Source of the DNA: Okamejei kenojei
Taxonomy: Eukaryota
Assembly: GCA_035221665.1 (NCBI GenBank)
Contig: CM069159.1
Span: 25,482,001 to 25,546,000 of the forward strand
Direction: 5' to 3'
DNA length: 64,000 nt
In this document: one piece after another, positions 63,892 to 64,000 of the stretch
Layout: every line of letters starts with the position of its first letter
Position numbering within the stretch: position 1 is the first letter of the stretch
Made by a program: the position numbers and the translations under genes
Notes under the pieces: generated by a model
Database searches by the model: none
The model's input: the letters and a program-made list of their open reading frames with translations, nothing else
Told to the model about the DNA's origin: nothing

Positions 63892-64000
63892 CTCTTTCTC
63901 ATAGTCTGCGACTTGTTGCATTTTTCTCTGTACTTTATAGAGCTCTTCCTGCACCTGAGCTTTCTCTTGACTCTGGGCATCAGTGATCTGTTTCTGGAGA
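63892..64000 (-). CDS. CEP164: CEP164 exon, partial (LQKQITDAQSQEKAQVQEELYKVQRKMQQVADYEKE); continues beyond the window
   Basis: GTGAGC donor at 63891; frame open to the window edge; phase 0 with the next exon. Confidence 0.88.

Overview
Eukaryotic (vertebrate) genomic DNA. The repeat content (HE1/V-SINE-like SINEs, CR1/HER1-type LINEs, Penelope-derived elements, DIRS) suggests a cartilaginous fish, probably a skate or ray; this is an inference. The right half (34.2-64 kb) holds the 3' part of a minus-strand CEP164 gene. I reconstructed 15 coding exons with GT-AG ends and consistent phases, ending ...LIQLGLDENNQIRVYQF*. The last intron has U12 (minor spliceosome) signals. The left half is transposon-dense and I found no supported gene there. 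It contains a three-level nest (a 5'-truncated L1 with a 13-bp TSD, holding a full-length DIRS tyrosine-recombinase retrotransposon, whose methyltransferase domain is split by a CR1). It also contains a fragmented Gypsy relic, Rex/Babar and CR1 fragments, Penelope-derived elements with hammerhead-ribozyme-like cores, and a ~140-bp (GAA)n-tailed SINE-like family. CEP164 introns hold a second, decayed DIRS headed by a 50-bp GC-rich minisatellite, and a solo LTR. Most short ORFs in the supplied track are repeat-derived noise. I found no wholly new protein-coding system. The best leads are the U12 intron, the DIRS junction and ICR structure, the ribozyme-like cores and the unclassified SINE. All family names come from motif recognition, not database searches.
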